A stretch of DNA of 63,062 nucleotides, filler included, from Neoconidiobolus thromboides FSU 785 (GCA_025603075.1; 12 parts of 12 records of this genome joined end to end with filler, not necessarily neighbours in it), one strand, 5' to 3'; counted from the whole stretch's first letter, positions 25,568 to 38,376 are shown. Numbers and translations are program-made. Notes: generated by a model not told the origin, from the letters alone.

Positions 25568-26084
25568 AAAGATTAACAGATTGGATTATTTTTCAAACAG
25601 TTGAAATTGATTATAAATTCTTTTAAAAAAACAAAATAAGTCATAATAAAAATTAGAATCCTTTAACTATTTTCTAGTAAAAGCAAAATTTGCAACTAAA
25701 TTTAACCAAGTTTACTTAAGAAATAAAAACAAATTTTAATTAACAAGTGCTTTTCGAAACTGACCATGTGGGCTGATTGTGTTACACTTAATAAGTCTGC
25801 TAACTTTTCTTTATATCATTTTAAATAAAGGATTATGACAGACCAATCCTCAAATATTGATTTCAATTATTTTTAAAATTTTTAATACATCTGAAATTTT
25901 ATTAAATTTAGTGTATTATAAAATGATTTTTATAAAATATTATAAAATTTATATCTAAAATAGTAATTTATAAGATATTTTCTAAGTAATCTGGCTTTTT
26001 GGGTAGGTTCATGTTGGCAAAAGTACAAAACTCTTGTGGTTTAGCTTTTACAGAGAAAATAATTTACTTTTAGATATTAAAAGC

Positions 26085-26198
26085 ATATAAGGGTGTGTTT
26101 TTTTGTTTAAGAATTTTACTATGATTTTTCCATTTAAGTAGTGCTTAAGTGGAAAAATTGTTAATAAAACTCTTAAATATAAAATTATATCCTCATAA
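26085..26198. mobile_element. Symmetric (left arm + inverted left arm) MITE variant
   Basis: TTTAAGAATTTTACT...TTCCATTTAAGTAGTGCTTAAGTGGAAAAATTGTTAATAAAACTCTTAAA. Both halves are the same arm in opposite orientations. Confidence 0.75.
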
Positions 26199-26686
26199 GT
26201 TGTTGCAATTAATGGCTTTTTAAAATCAACTTTAGCTTAAAAAGTCAGATTACTTTAAAAAATACTTTATAATAAATTTTTTTGAATTGTATAAATAAAA
26301 TTTGAAATTAATTTTTAACCAAAAAAGTTATCTCAAATAATATAAAAAAAGTATTAAAAAAAATTAAAATATTCAGCTTAAAGTATTTTTTAAATATTAA
26401 TAAAAAAATGTTATTTAAAAACATAAAAGGATGTTCAAATTAGTCTTAGGATTTTTTAATTTCAATATAATAAAAATAATAATATAAATATTGTGATTCA
26501 TTTATATTAATTTTAATAGCTATTTATGAAACCCAGAATTTATACAATTTTATGATAATGATGGAATTCATTAAAACTTACTATTGATAATAATAAACTT
26601 GATTAGGCAATATATAAAGTTAATGTTTTAAAAGAAATAAGAAATAAATATCAATAAATACCATTATCATCAACCATAGTTTTACT

Positions 26687-26793
26687 ATATGGGGCTGTTT
26701 TTTTTAGTTTCATTATTTTTCGATTTTTTAAGCGCTATTTGAGTGGAAAGGCTGCTAATAAAATTCTTAAATAAAAAAAATACATCCTCATAT
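26687..26793 (-). mobile_element. MITE family copy
   Basis: ATATGGGGCTGTTTTT...AAGCGCTATTTGAGTGGAAA...TACATCCTCATAT. Confidence 0.9.
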
Positions 26794-26973
26794 TTTTTTA
26801 ATAAGTATAAAAACTTTGGATTTAATATAAGTAGAAATTAATATAACCACTTAAAAATAGTTAATAAGAATAAAATATTAATATCATAATTTATTATTAA
26901 CAATATAAAAAAAATCAAAAATAAGTAAATTAAAATTATCATATAATATTTAATAATTTAATCATCAAAATTT

Positions 26974-27063
26974 TTGGATGTTTTTTTAGCTTTATTACTT
27001 TTTCCATCTTTTAAGCATTATTTGAGTGGAAAAATTGTTAGATACAAAAATACACCCCCATAT
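26974..27063 (-). mobile_element. MITE family copy with internal deletion
   Basis: GGATGTTTTTTTAG...TTAAGCATTATTTGAGTGGAAAAATTGTTAG...AAAATACACCCCCATAT. Confidence 0.8.
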
Positions 27064-27136
27064 TTTCATTTATCAAAATTTTATGAAATTTTAATAAATA
27101 AAATCATTGATAGCTTTTTAGAGCAAATTTAAATAT

Positions 27137-27243
27137 ATATGGGGATGTATTTTTGTGTTTAAGAATTTTACTAACAAATTTTCCGCTCAAGTAGCGCTTA
27201 AAAAATGAAAAAAATAATGAAGCCAAAAGAAATACTCCCATAT
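27137..27243 (+). mobile_element. MITE family copy (near-consensus)
   Basis: ATATGGGGATGTATTTTTGTGTTTAAGAATTTTACTAACAAATTTTCCGCTCAAGTAGCGCTTAAAAAATG...AAATACTCCCATAT. Confidence 0.9.
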
Positions 27244-27384
27244 GGTAGTATAAAAAAGTGATATAATAAAAAATAAAAAATTCGATTAAATTTGATTATA
27301 AGCTATATATGAAAAAGATTATAACTTGTAAAATAGCAATTATAATTTCAAAGGTGTCCTTAATAACTTGAAACACCCTATATG

Positions 27385-27490
27385 ATAAGGGGCTGTTTTT
27401 TTTAGTTTCATTATTTTCCCATTTTTTAAGTTCTATTTATGTGGAAAAATTGTGAGTAAAATTCTTAAATACAAAAATACATCCCCATAA
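27385..27490 (-). mobile_element. MITE family copy
   Basis: GGGGCTGTTTTTTTTAG...GTGGAAAAATTG...AAAATACATCCCCATA. Confidence 0.88.
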
Positions 27491-27686
27491 ATTGAGTTAA
27501 ATTTTATTTATTATACAAGTCCTTTTATTTTTTATTTTTTATTTTTTCCTTTCCTTACAATATCTTTGTCAAGCATCTAATATATGNNNNNNNNNNNNNN
27601 NNNNNNNNNNNNNNNNNNNNNNNNNNNNNNTTAATTAATTAANNNNNNNNNNNNNNNNNNNNNNNNNNNNNNNNNNNNNNNNNNNN

Positions 27687-28225
27687 AAATCTTGGCAATA
27701 GCGATTGATCAAATCTCTCTTACTTGTACTCGAATAGCGTGCGCTTCTTAAACCCCATAAATTTTTTAGATTGATCAAAAAATTAGTTTGAAATAAAGCA
27801 GGACATTCTTTCATATATAAATTCAAGGCATCATCAGTATTGTATTTAGGTACTTTGCTTCCTTTTTCATTAGGAATGTTTAAAACGACACCTAATAAAG
27901 CTCCAGTGGAAGTCCCTGTAATAATATCAAATAGAGAACTAATTGGCTTCTTGGTTTTTTTTTCTATATAGTTTAATACCATTGTAGGTATGATGCCTCG
28001 TACACCCCCACCATCGATACTCAATATACGTAATGGTTTTCCTTCTTTAGCCTCTGCGTTATTCTCAGCTATTTTATCTAATAAACTATTCAATTTTATG
28101 TTTTTACTTAATGCTTCTTCAACTTCAATTCCTTTATTTGCCTCATTTTTCGTTTCGCTCTCAGTTTCGATTTCACTTATTACTTTATCTTCTGCTTGGG
28201 CTTTGGTTTGGGATTCGTTTGCCAT
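27687..28225 (-). CDS. Patatin-like phospholipase, N-terminal part, 3'-truncated by gap
   Basis: LRILSIDGGGVRG glycine-rich loop and FDIITGTSTG nucleophile elbow. Confidence 0.92.
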
Positions 28226-28867
28226 TTATATTAAATCTAAAAAAACAAATTGACTATAGCTATTATATTTCATTGTTTCCTCATTTATATACTAAATTTC
28301 TCCACATTTTTTAAATGTTATTATCTTGTTTTTCTTTAAACAAAATAAAATTCTCAAGTTGGGTATTTCAACAAACAACTTTTTAACACAAATTGTATGA
28401 CAAGTCATTCATTTATTATTTCCTTTCTTTTGACATCATTTAAAAATTCTCCGGTATACAGTATTATATTATATATTTTATAGCGTAAAAGTAATTAAAT
28501 TCATTAGCTAAAGTTTTTATTACAAATAGACAAAATACCTCTTAATCCCTGCCTCATGATCAACATACCATTTGATCTGATATATCTTTTAAATCCTATA
28601 AATTACCTCTTATTTATTTGGATTTATACTAAATAGATCAATTAGTCATTAGCTTGTATTAATTCTGATAAATAGGTTTAATACAAATTCCATTCTATTA
28701 AAATTTAAAAGGAAAGTAACACATATGCTTATTTTTAAATAAGGTATATTTTTATAGCAACTCATAACTATTAAACATGTAGTAATACTTAAAAAAGATT
28801 AAACTACTTGACGAATTATGTGTTTATAAATATATTAATTTTAATACTATCAATACAAATAGATATT

Positions 28868-28958
28868 TTCTAGTTTTGTCACCTTTTCCTTTTTTAAGTG
28901 CTATTTATTGAGCGGAAAATGTTGGTAAATTTCTTAAAAAACAGACATCCCTAAATAT
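28868..28958 (-). mobile_element. MITE family copy (degenerate)
   Basis: TTTAAGTGCTATTTATTGAGCGGAAAATGTTGGTAAATTTCTTAAAAAACAGACATCCC. Confidence 0.7.
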
Positions 28959-29221
28959 TTATTCATAATAATCGATCATAGGAAATAACAAAGTTTTCTA
29001 TGAAGATCATTAAAAATTACTTAAAATTAAAAACAATTGAAGATATTTGAATAGTAAAACTTAAATATGAATATAAATTAGTATTAGAATTAAAACTAGA
29101 AATACAACATGAAATATAACAAATAAAATATAAATAAAATACAACTTTTAGTATTAAATAATAAATATAATTTTTCATTTTATTAATCTCAATATAATGA
29201 AGAATTTAATTAAAATTAAGA

Positions 29222-30809
29222 TTAAGATTTATCGGCTTTAAATTGCTTATAGCCTTCATTCAATATTTCCAAATGATGCATTTCCACCTTCAATTGTAAA
29301 TTGGTATATTCCACCAATGTTTTCATTAGATTTTCAACTTTATATTTCTCAAAGTGAATAAATTCCTGTGTTAAATTTAATTGACTTTGTTCAAACTGTG
29401 CCTCTGCTTTTTCCAATTCTTGTTTTGAGATTAATTCCTTGTCGTCTCGGTTTTCATCTTCCGTTTCAGTTAAATTTCTATTATAATATGCCTTTGACTT
29501 ATCATAAATCTGACATATATTTTTCAGGTTTAATAGACGCTCTGTTCTTATATTCATTAATCCCTTTAGTGAGCTGATAATATGCAAATATTCATCTACT
29601 AAATGTTTGATTTGTAATTCCTCAATATTAGCCTGAATATTTATTAATACTTTTATATCATCTGTTAATATTGCTAAGCAGTTTAAATTTTTATCGAACT
29701 TTTTAAACATCCTTCTTTCTTCACATTTTATGAAGGGTCCTATTTTATATTTAGAGTCCAAACAGGATAAACACGCATCACCCAAATGAGATAACCTTAT
29801 CCCTATATCTCTCCTTCCACTGCTAAGTCTATCTATACCATTCAATAATTCTGAATAACTATCTTCTAATGTAATTAAATAACTTTTTCGCCTTTGGAAT
29901 TCATCATGATCATTCTAAAATTTTAAGTTATGTTTTTGTTTAAATTCTACCATTATTTTACTTCTTTAAAAATTTCCATTGCACGATATATTCTAAAACC
30001 CCTCTCAAAATGTTGTTGTAGTAATAAAGTACGAGGAAGTAAGCTTAACCTCTTTAGTATATTATTTCCGTTAGATAGTGTTTCTTCGTTAAACTATATA
30101 TAAATATTTATGAATATTGTAAAATTAATCTAAATTACCGTGCTTTCGCTATCTAAGAATTCCTTCACTATACTCAACCTCTTTATTTGAGGATGCTCAA
30201 TTATCCAATTTAAATACCTCTTTATTTCCGCTAGTTTTATATTTAAAAGCTGCTTTTCTTCATCTAGTCCTTTAGCTTTTTTAAGTATCAATGGTTCAGG
30301 TACTTTATAAATTATATTATCTACGCATACATTATGAAGTTTCTGGTTTAAACTTTGTAATTGTTTATAATTTCTTTTTGTTAACTTAATATCGGTCAAA
30401 TTCTATTTCAAACTAAAATTAATATATATATATATTATATAAAACAAGTTTATAAGTTTACCTCATTAGTTTTCAAGATCAATTTAAATTCCAAATTTAA
30501 TTCTAATTTATTCCAGTTACAAACTGCTTCTTGAATATCTAATCTTCGATTATTAAACTTTAGTAAAAAATCGGTTTCTTCCAACTTTATTTTATCAATA
30601 CTTCTTAGGGGTCTTGGATCAATTGGGGCCACTATTTTTTCAACTATATTCACTTTGGGTTTAGCTGTTTTTACAACTAATGCTACGTTCATTGAGTCGT
30701 CTATATCATCATCATATTTAAAATATTTTGAGGATAAGTCCTATATAATAATATTTTAATTCTAGTATTATAATGTTTAATTGTTTTATACCTCTGATCT
30801 AAAACTCAT
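29222..30809 (-). CDS. PX-BAR sorting nexin (Vps5/Vps17/SNX-like), multi-exon
   Basis: PX-like KRNYKQLQSLNQKL...IKRYLNWIIEHPQIKRLSIVKEFL, followed by a helical BAR-like C-terminal exon (EFIHFEKYK...LVEY). Confidence 0.75.
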
Positions 30810-31885
30810 TATTTTATTAATTAGTGATGAACCTTTGATAAAGTAGTTTATTTTTTGTTTAAAATCCCCAGCTAAATATTGAATATTAATTGGCCATCTA
30901 ATTTTAGTTAGTTTGATAATAATTGGCTATTTTACTCCCAAAAGAATTTCAACAACTAAAACCTGTACACATTTATGTAAACTTTTAGCTTACACTTGCA
31001 ACTAAAGTCATCTAAATGTTTTGATTCTTTTAACTACAGGTGCATATACTTTACCTTGACTTTTATCAACATTTGCTTAGTATGCTTCCAGTGCAGCTTA
31101 AATTATATACTAAGGATCTTAGGTTCATCTAATATAAAGCTCAATAATTGTTTAATATTAGCAGTTATAAGCTAAACTTTGAAAGCATTTGAACAATTTT
31201 ACTCACATGTCATAAGCTTATCCTAATACAAAAGAATTAAGCACGAGTTAGTTTAAAAGCTTGGTTCAGTTTTTGTTTAATTAGGTACTTAGCAAATATT
31301 ATGAATTAAACACTAAGTGTTGCAATTTTTTTTACTTTTTTGCTTAATTTTAAAATAATTCCGTTTGGACGTTTTTTATTCAGTATTTATTATGTTATAC
31401 AGTAAGTGGTTAAAAAAAATGAAATGGGAAAATCTTATCCTTGATTTTAATCAAACTTTTACTTACACATATTAAATATGCATTTAGAAATACCATTAAG
31501 TTATGTACATGATATGCTCAAAAATTATCATTTCTATACACATCATAAAAGCATAAAATTATATTTAGCTTGGGAGTAAAAAATCGCTTCCCGAAAGGTT
31601 GATACGAAGATAGCTGATGTATACGCTCAAAATTATGCCTCTCATAAAGTTATATTTAACTTAATATGACCTAATATCCTTCACATAGATTTTATGATGA
31701 TTATAGTGAGAAAAAGTAGTAGATTTTTGTGTACTGTGTCACAATAATTGTAACTATTAAATTAAGCTTATTATAGTCATATATCTAACGAATTTTTGAA
31801 TTATTATAAATTGCTATTAATAAAGCAAAGTAACAAAAAATAAAATTGTTTCCAAATATTGATATTTTATTAAACAAATATTGAA

Positions 31886-32578
31886 TTAAAATGTTAAACA
31901 AGCAAATGCACCATTGTAAGGTTTGCATTTTGAACCATGAGGACAAATTTGTGTTAAGATTCTACCATTTAGACAGATTTCTAAATTATTTTTATGACAA
32001 CGTTGTAATCCATGTTTAGTGCATTCACCCTTACCAGGTTTTCCGGGTTTAGTAGGTTTAGTTTCTTTAGCAGGTGGGGCTGGCTCTTTTTTTTCTGGCT
32101 CTTCTTTTTCTGATTCACCCTTTTCTGGCTCTTCTTTTTCTGGTTCACCCTTTTCTGGCTCTTCTTTTTCTGGTTCACCTTTTTCTGGCTTTTCTTTACC
32201 AGGATTGGTAGATCCGGTATCTTGAGAGCCACTTGGTGAAATGGTTTTAGATGGAGTAGATTCCATTTCAGATTTTTTATAATCATTAGCAAAACCTTCT
32301 GGGAAAATTTCATAACCATCAATGTTAGCTATGGTTGGTACATGTCCAGTGATACTTCCTCCTTCTTTACCATTCTTGATCGTAATATCAGCACAATTCA
32401 TGTAATATTCACGATTACCAGATCTATTGATCCAACCCCATGCAAATGTTACAGGTCCGCTTGGAGCATCAGCTGGGATAGGTATATCATAGTTTAATCC
32501 ACCAGTTAAACAATCTCCATAAACACTCTTCAATACTACCCAGTCTCTGTCATTGTAGGATACTGAAAATTGACAATG
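31886..32578 (-). CDS. AA11-like lytic polysaccharide monooxygenase with P/E/K linker and C-terminal CBM19-like domain, 5'-truncated
   Basis: FAWGWINRSGNREYYMNCADI (AA11-type), the linker repeat, and a 4-Cys C-terminal module CTKHGLQRC...ICLNG...CPHGSKC...C. Confidence 0.8.
   Translation of the reverse strand, partial: HCQFSVSYNDRDWVVLKSVYGDCLTGGLNYDIPIPADAPSGPVTFAWGWINRSGNREYYMNCADITIKNGKEGGSITGHVPTIANIDGYEIFPEGFANDYKKSEMESTPSKTISPSGSQDTGSTNPGKEKPEKGEPEKEEPEKGEPEKEEPEKGESEKEEPEKKEPAPPAKETKPTKPGKPGKGECTKHGLQRCHKNNLEICLNGRILTQICPHGSKCKPYNGAFACLTF
32080..32195 (-). repeat. Coding tandem repeat, 15/30-bp unit encoding PEK(G/E)E
   Basis: TTTTCTGGCTCTTCTTTTTCTGGTTCACCC is repeated about 3-4 times. 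Confidence 0.9.
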
Positions 32579-34659
32579 NNNNNNNNNNNNNNNNNNNNNN
32601 NNNNNNNNNNNNNNNNNNNNNNTTAATTAATTAANNNNNNNNNNNNNNNNNNNNNNNNNNNNNNNNNNNNNNNNNNNNTTGCATGATTAAAGTTGTATTG
32701 GTTTTAATTCTCACAGAGAAACAGAAATTGAACTTTGATAATGTATGATGTCCTTTTTTTATTGCTTATATACTATTCTGTCAAGTAGCTCATTGCACCA
32801 CGACCATGAGATCAATAGTCACCTCTGACGACTCAAATTTATTTTAGTACTAAGTTAATCATATTGCCATAAGCTATTCTTGGCAAGTTCCTTGTACTAA
32901 TAAATTAAAAACTACCTAAATTATCAAATATTTTCAAGCCAAATTTTGAACATTTTATCAAATATTTTAGGGCATAAGTCGATGTGAAAATTTTTACCTA
33001 CTAACATGCAATTTATTATTTTAATACTAACCTCAATCGTATAGCTTCAATATTAATTATATAAATCATGGTTTTACAAAAATCAAACTAAAGGATGGTG
33101 CTAAAGGGGCTCAATTCAACACCAATTATAAACCAATCATTCTAAAAAACTATTGGTAAGTTCAGTATTCATTATATGAATATTCCTTTACATCAGGATT
33201 AATTTATATATTTTAAGCATATTCGTAAAGTATTATATTATTTCACCTTTAATTGAGCTATTTAATACTGTAATACATGGAGGTGAAAAATAGCCCAAAC
33301 TTTTTAAAATTTTCTTTTTTTAGCAATATATTTTAACTAATAAAATAAAAACTTATGAGGCTAATAAAAAAATAGTTTAAAATTTCATAAGTGACTAGAT
33401 TTTAGCAAATGAAAAATATAAATTCAACTTCAAAGTTATTTTCCCACCTACTATATCGATTGCGCAAAAATGGAATCAAATTCTCTTAGAAAAGAATAGA
33501 AGTAGCATTGAATTGCTCCTTTTTCCAATAAAAAAATATTGCGTCACTGAAGTACAAAACAATTAACTACATTGGCTCATAAGTATTGTGAGCTTTTTAT
33601 TTACTCTATTCTTAAACTTTCTTTATTGTACTTTTCTCTCTGAAAAGGTAGGATAGCTCCTGTGTTTCTTTATAAATATAATTAAACTTTTTATACAAAG
33701 TAAAATAAGGAAATTAGCTATAATACAACACTCTGTTTCCCTTTTGTATTTTTATTGTAAATATGTATTTCGCTACTTTTACACGCTGTTTATAGAAGCA
33801 AAAAGTAAGGAATTTAATGATTATATATAAACTACTAAGGCTATGTTATTTGAATGAGAAAAGACGTGTAAAGACATTATGTATAAAAAAATCATAGATC
33901 AGGTAGCTGATTTCTTTATTAGTTTAAAATAACACAATTAGATTGAATAGTCTAAAGTGGTTTTAATATGTGAGTTGCCTTTTTTGAATCGGTTTGTTCT
34001 AAGATGTTTTGTAAAAATATAAATATTTAGATGGAAAAGAATAGCTTAAATTTTAGTGCCTAAATCTATTTGTTAGGTTTTCTATATATCCTGTCGCGAA
34101 AATTTAACCCTAAGAGAAGTAATGTTTAGCTAAAATAGTAACTTTAATTCTTAAGTTTTTTAACAAAGTGTTAATTTTTATCTAAAATCAATTTTTTGTG
34201 GGATAAGATTGGTTTTATTAGTGATTTTTTCAATTAAGACATTTTTCTGAGGAATATTGGTAATATTATGACAAGTAACTTTTATGTTGCAACCTGTCAC
34301 CCTCACTATAAAGTTTTACAAATTTTTTCACTTCATGACAAGATATACGAAAAAATATAATACAGAGATCAATATGAAAAACATATTAGGTTGATTCTTT
34401 ACACCCAGGAGCTTAAACTCTTTATTGTTTCCCTAATATAGTAGATAAACTTTGATACAAGTAAACAGTATGTTAGATATGTATATTCTAAAAATTAGAT
34501 AAAACCAAATAAAAATTAATTAATAAGTTTAATTATTTAAATACATCTAAATCGAGTATTTATTAAAACGATAAAAATACATGAACGAGTTATGCCTTGT
34601 TGATTAAAAAGAATTGATAATCACAGATATATCAAATTTAAAATATTCAACTATAGTAT

Positions 34660-34793
34660 CTAATAACAATGTGCATCGCCTTGGGGCCCTTTGCAGGTAG
34701 TGCCATCAGCACATGGGTTAGACCAAAGTGCTTTGTTGAAGCACATGGCAATTGTTGAACCATTGAGACAATACATTTTACCATCTTCACAAG
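34660..34793 (-). CDS. C-terminal CBM19-like Cys module of a gene truncated by the gap
   Basis: CEDGKMYCLNGSTIAMCFNKALWSNPCADGTTCKGPQGDAHCY* has a Cys pattern similar to the module at 31886. Confidence 0.7.
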
Positions 34794-36272
34794 NNNNNNN
34801 NNNNNNNNNNNNNNNNNNNNNNNNNNNNNNNNNNNNNTTAATTAATTAANNNNNNNNNNNNNNNNNNNNNNNNNNNNNNNNNNNNNNNNNNNNCATACTA
34901 TTATTTCTTATCACATATAGTATACTTAATATTCATTTATTAATAGGCTTTTGATTATATTATGTTCGTTTCTATTTTAAATATCTGATTAGAATATAAA
35001 CCTCCTTTAGTGTTTAAAATTGTTACTTACCTTTGCCATCTATTTTAAATACCTCAAATATTTTCCAAAGCTTATTAAATTAGAACTTTGCTGTCAACTA
35101 TGGCTATTTAAAAGTTTTAATTATTTTTACCATAGTGTTCTAGGAATTGTAATTGTTTATAGAATCTTATTTTGTTCAGCAAAGTATCAACTAATGAATA
35201 ACATTAAAATCAACTATTCATAGGGGCTGATATTATTGCATTTTCTATTTTTAGTAAATTAATAATTCTAAGATTTTTTTATCTGATAGCTTTTAGTAAC
35301 TGTATATTAATTTCAACCATAGCTCAATTATAATTATTTTCGAGCTACCAATAGCTTCATCTTCAATAAAAGAGACAATTAACCATTATAAATGTTTTGA
35401 GCTATCATATCTGATTACTTTCCAAATTTTTGATTTTTGATTCTTAGAAAGTTATTTTTAAACTCCTTCATCCATATTACTATATTTATTATTGACTTAA
35501 ACATTTTGTGATTGCGCAAAAAACAGGCATGTTTTAAGGAATATTATTTAATGGTCGATATTTGATAATTATTTAAAGTGGTGGCAAAAAGAAAACGTAA
35601 CACAAGAAAAGGTTAGATGAAATTAGAAGTTCGACATTTGTATCAGGCTAATTTTTTTATTTCAATGAATATTCGTAAATAATCAATTTTGTTGAGAAAA
35701 GAATAAAAAATTTAATTCCTTTAGATACAATCAAAGCTATTTTCATATTTTATTTTTATTATTTCATTTTTATTTTTTAGCTTTATTTACTAGCCCATGT
35801 TATGTATAAATTTAACAAGGCTCAATAAATAAATAAAGTTCAAGTTTATGTTAACTTCATTATTCACTTTATTCTCGATCCTTATTTTAAAATACAATGT
35901 ATAGCCTTTTAACTCACATTGACTATATTTCTTAACATTGACTCTCAAAAAATAAATATGATATCAATTTACTTTTATTACTCGAACTTATTATATATTA
36001 AATTAATGAATTATTTTAAAATACCTCACCTGTTAATGATTGAAAAAGATATCTTAGTTACCAAAAGTAGTAAAAATATTGAATTACCCATTTTAAAAAG
36101 CACTTCCGCTTTATTTAAATTTAAAATAAATAATGTTGGAATATTCTATTAATTAGCACAACAATAATAATCAGATTGTAATTAGCTTAAGGAAATGAAA
36201 CAAGGATTAGATCCTTATTTTAATTCCTATAGTTAGTGCTATCCACTTAGCTTTTAGTAAAACTATTTTAAT

Positions 36273-36366
36273 ACATGGGAATGTATTTTGTTTAACAATT
36301 TCACTAACAGCCTTCCTACTTAAATAGTCTTAAAAAATGGAAAAGCTGATGAAATCAAAAAAAAAA
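36273..36366 (+). mobile_element. MITE family copy (degenerate)
   Basis: ATGGGAATGTATTTTGTTTAAC...CTTAAATAGTCTTAAAAAATGGAAAAGCTGATGAAATCAAAA. Confidence 0.75.
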
Positions 36367-37060
36367 GAGTGGAAATCTGTATAATTTAAAAAAATACTGA
36401 TAAACAATATAAAATGTAGGAAAATATTATATAGTGAATATGTTATACATGTAAAATCTATTTCCAAAATTTAATGATATCACTTAATATAATATTTATA
36501 GATATGAGCTTATTTTTCTCTACTATAAAAGGTAATATGAAAAACCACTCTTTTGAAAAGAATAAATTTTAAGCTGGAGGACTCATATTGAAGGTTCAAA
36601 ATTTTAATTATATTTGGTCAATTTTACTATTATAATAGAGTTTATTCTTCTTCAAACCATCTTCGAAAATAAGACATTAATTAGATAAGCATATAATGTT
36701 CTATAAGTTTAGTGGATTGGATATTTTAGGATAAACGTTTCAACTTTAGATTTAATGGAAATAGCTATTCAAATACACTTAGGCCTAGACTTTCATAAAT
36801 AGAAAACTTATAAACTTCGCCATCTGAGAGAGTTTATTAAATTTAAGGAATATTTTGTATACATCGGGATATCCGAACTGGTTCCATTTTTTTATCCAGT
36901 TTTTAAATATCTTCCATTTCAAAAACTTTCTCAAAATTCTATAAAAATAGATTCTTTATTNNNNNNNNNNNNNNNNNNNNNNNNNNNNNNNNNNNNNNNN
37001 NNNNTTAATTAATTAANNNNNNNNNNNNNNNNNNNNNNNNNNNNNNNNNNNNNNNNNNNN

Positions 37061-37665
37061 GTGACTCCCTTTCTACTTTAATTCCTTATTCCAACTGGTG
37101 TACTGATGGTGATATTGCCTATGAGATTACTGAAAAAAAATTAACAGCCTTAAATTACCTATTGATTAAAAGAGTCTGTGGAGAAGATACTAAAAATCTG
37201 AAGTTCAAGAGTAAAAATTATTTACATTCTAAGCTCACGACGGAAAATAAGGAACAATTAGCCTCATTGAGTGAATCATCTTCAAACCAAAAGCTACTAA
37301 AGTGGAATATTAAATTAGGTAGTAATGATAACTCAGAAAAAGCAAACTATCAAAACATCAAGCTTGAAACAAAGAATGGTAAACTATTTGAGTTGAACTA
37401 TCTACATGTTGGTAGTCAAGAATCATATACTATAAGTTATAGCAACTCAGGTAGGTCATGGGAAATCGTAAAGAAGGACATAGGCCAAGAAGGATTAAAA
37501 CTTGAAATAGATTCACTTCAACTTAAAGTTTGCAGACTCCATTTCCAAATGAGCCAAATGAGATTTCCAGAGCCCATATTGTTAATCGTACTTAGTCATA
37601 TCATTAGTTATCAAAGTCAAATCCTTGATCATTTTACAAGCCCAAAGTTAAATATTTCATTTTAG
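37061..37665 (+). CDS. Orphan tandem family, paralog 1 (5'-truncated by gap)
   Basis: The frame is open from the gap: DSLSTLIPYSNWCTDGDIAYEITEK...PEPILLIVLSHIISYQ...ISF*. Homologous to 39122 and 41198. Confidence 0.85.
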
Positions 37666-38018
37666 GCTTATAAGTATGTATTTACCATATCTTTTCTGTA
37701 ACCTAATCAAGGGCTTGTATCACCCATATTTTCTACAACTTATGTTAATTATTATTTTTTAAATAAACTCTATGAAATATGAGTTTTGCTTTTTAGAGTT
37801 TCAAAGTTTACTATATTAAAAAGGATAAATATTACTTTATTGAGATAAAAGCGAGCTCAAAGCAAGTTAGATTTACTTAACTTTATGATTTATAATTAAA
37901 ACCGAAGTGTTTAGTGAACCAGGTGAGGATTGTTCTTTGTATCAATTTTAAATAATTTAGGTTTCATTGTAATTAACTCAAGCGAATTATGACCTTTTAA
38001 CTGCTTATTTGAGAGAAG

Positions 38019-38122
38019 ATATAAGGATATATTTTTTTGTTTAAGAATTTTATTAACAATCTTTTCACTCAAATAGCGCTTAAAAAATAGGAAGCAATGA
38101 AATCAAAAAAACATCCCCGTAT
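38019..38122 (+). mobile_element. MITE family copy
   Basis: TTTAAGAATTTTATTAAC...CTCAAATAGCGCTTAAAAAATAGG...AAAACATCCCC. Confidence 0.85.
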
Positions 38123-38272
38123 TTAGCTAAAACTAATTTAAAATCTAAGGATCTAGGCTTTAAAAAAATTGTTCAAAAATTACTTGATTGTAAGATTACC
38201 AAATAAATTACTAATTTTCTTGGATTGATTGTATTATGTTTTTCAATTTCAATTTAACTTTATTTTTATAAA

Positions 38273-38376
38273 ATAGGGATGTATTTTTGTGTTTAAGAAT
38301 TTTACCAAAAATTTTCCGCTCAAATAGTGTTTAAAAGATGGAAAAAGTAATGAAGCTAAAAAAAACACTCCCAAAT
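38273..38376 (+). mobile_element. MITE family copy
   Basis: GGGATGTATTTTTGTGTTTAAGAATTTTACC...CCGCTCAAATAGTGTTTAAAAGATGG...AAACACTCCCA. Confidence 0.88.

Noticed and set aside
32740-33160. Signal-peptide-like and exon-like fragments suggesting a secreted protein gene
   Set aside because: I could not assemble a consistent reading frame or recognise a family.
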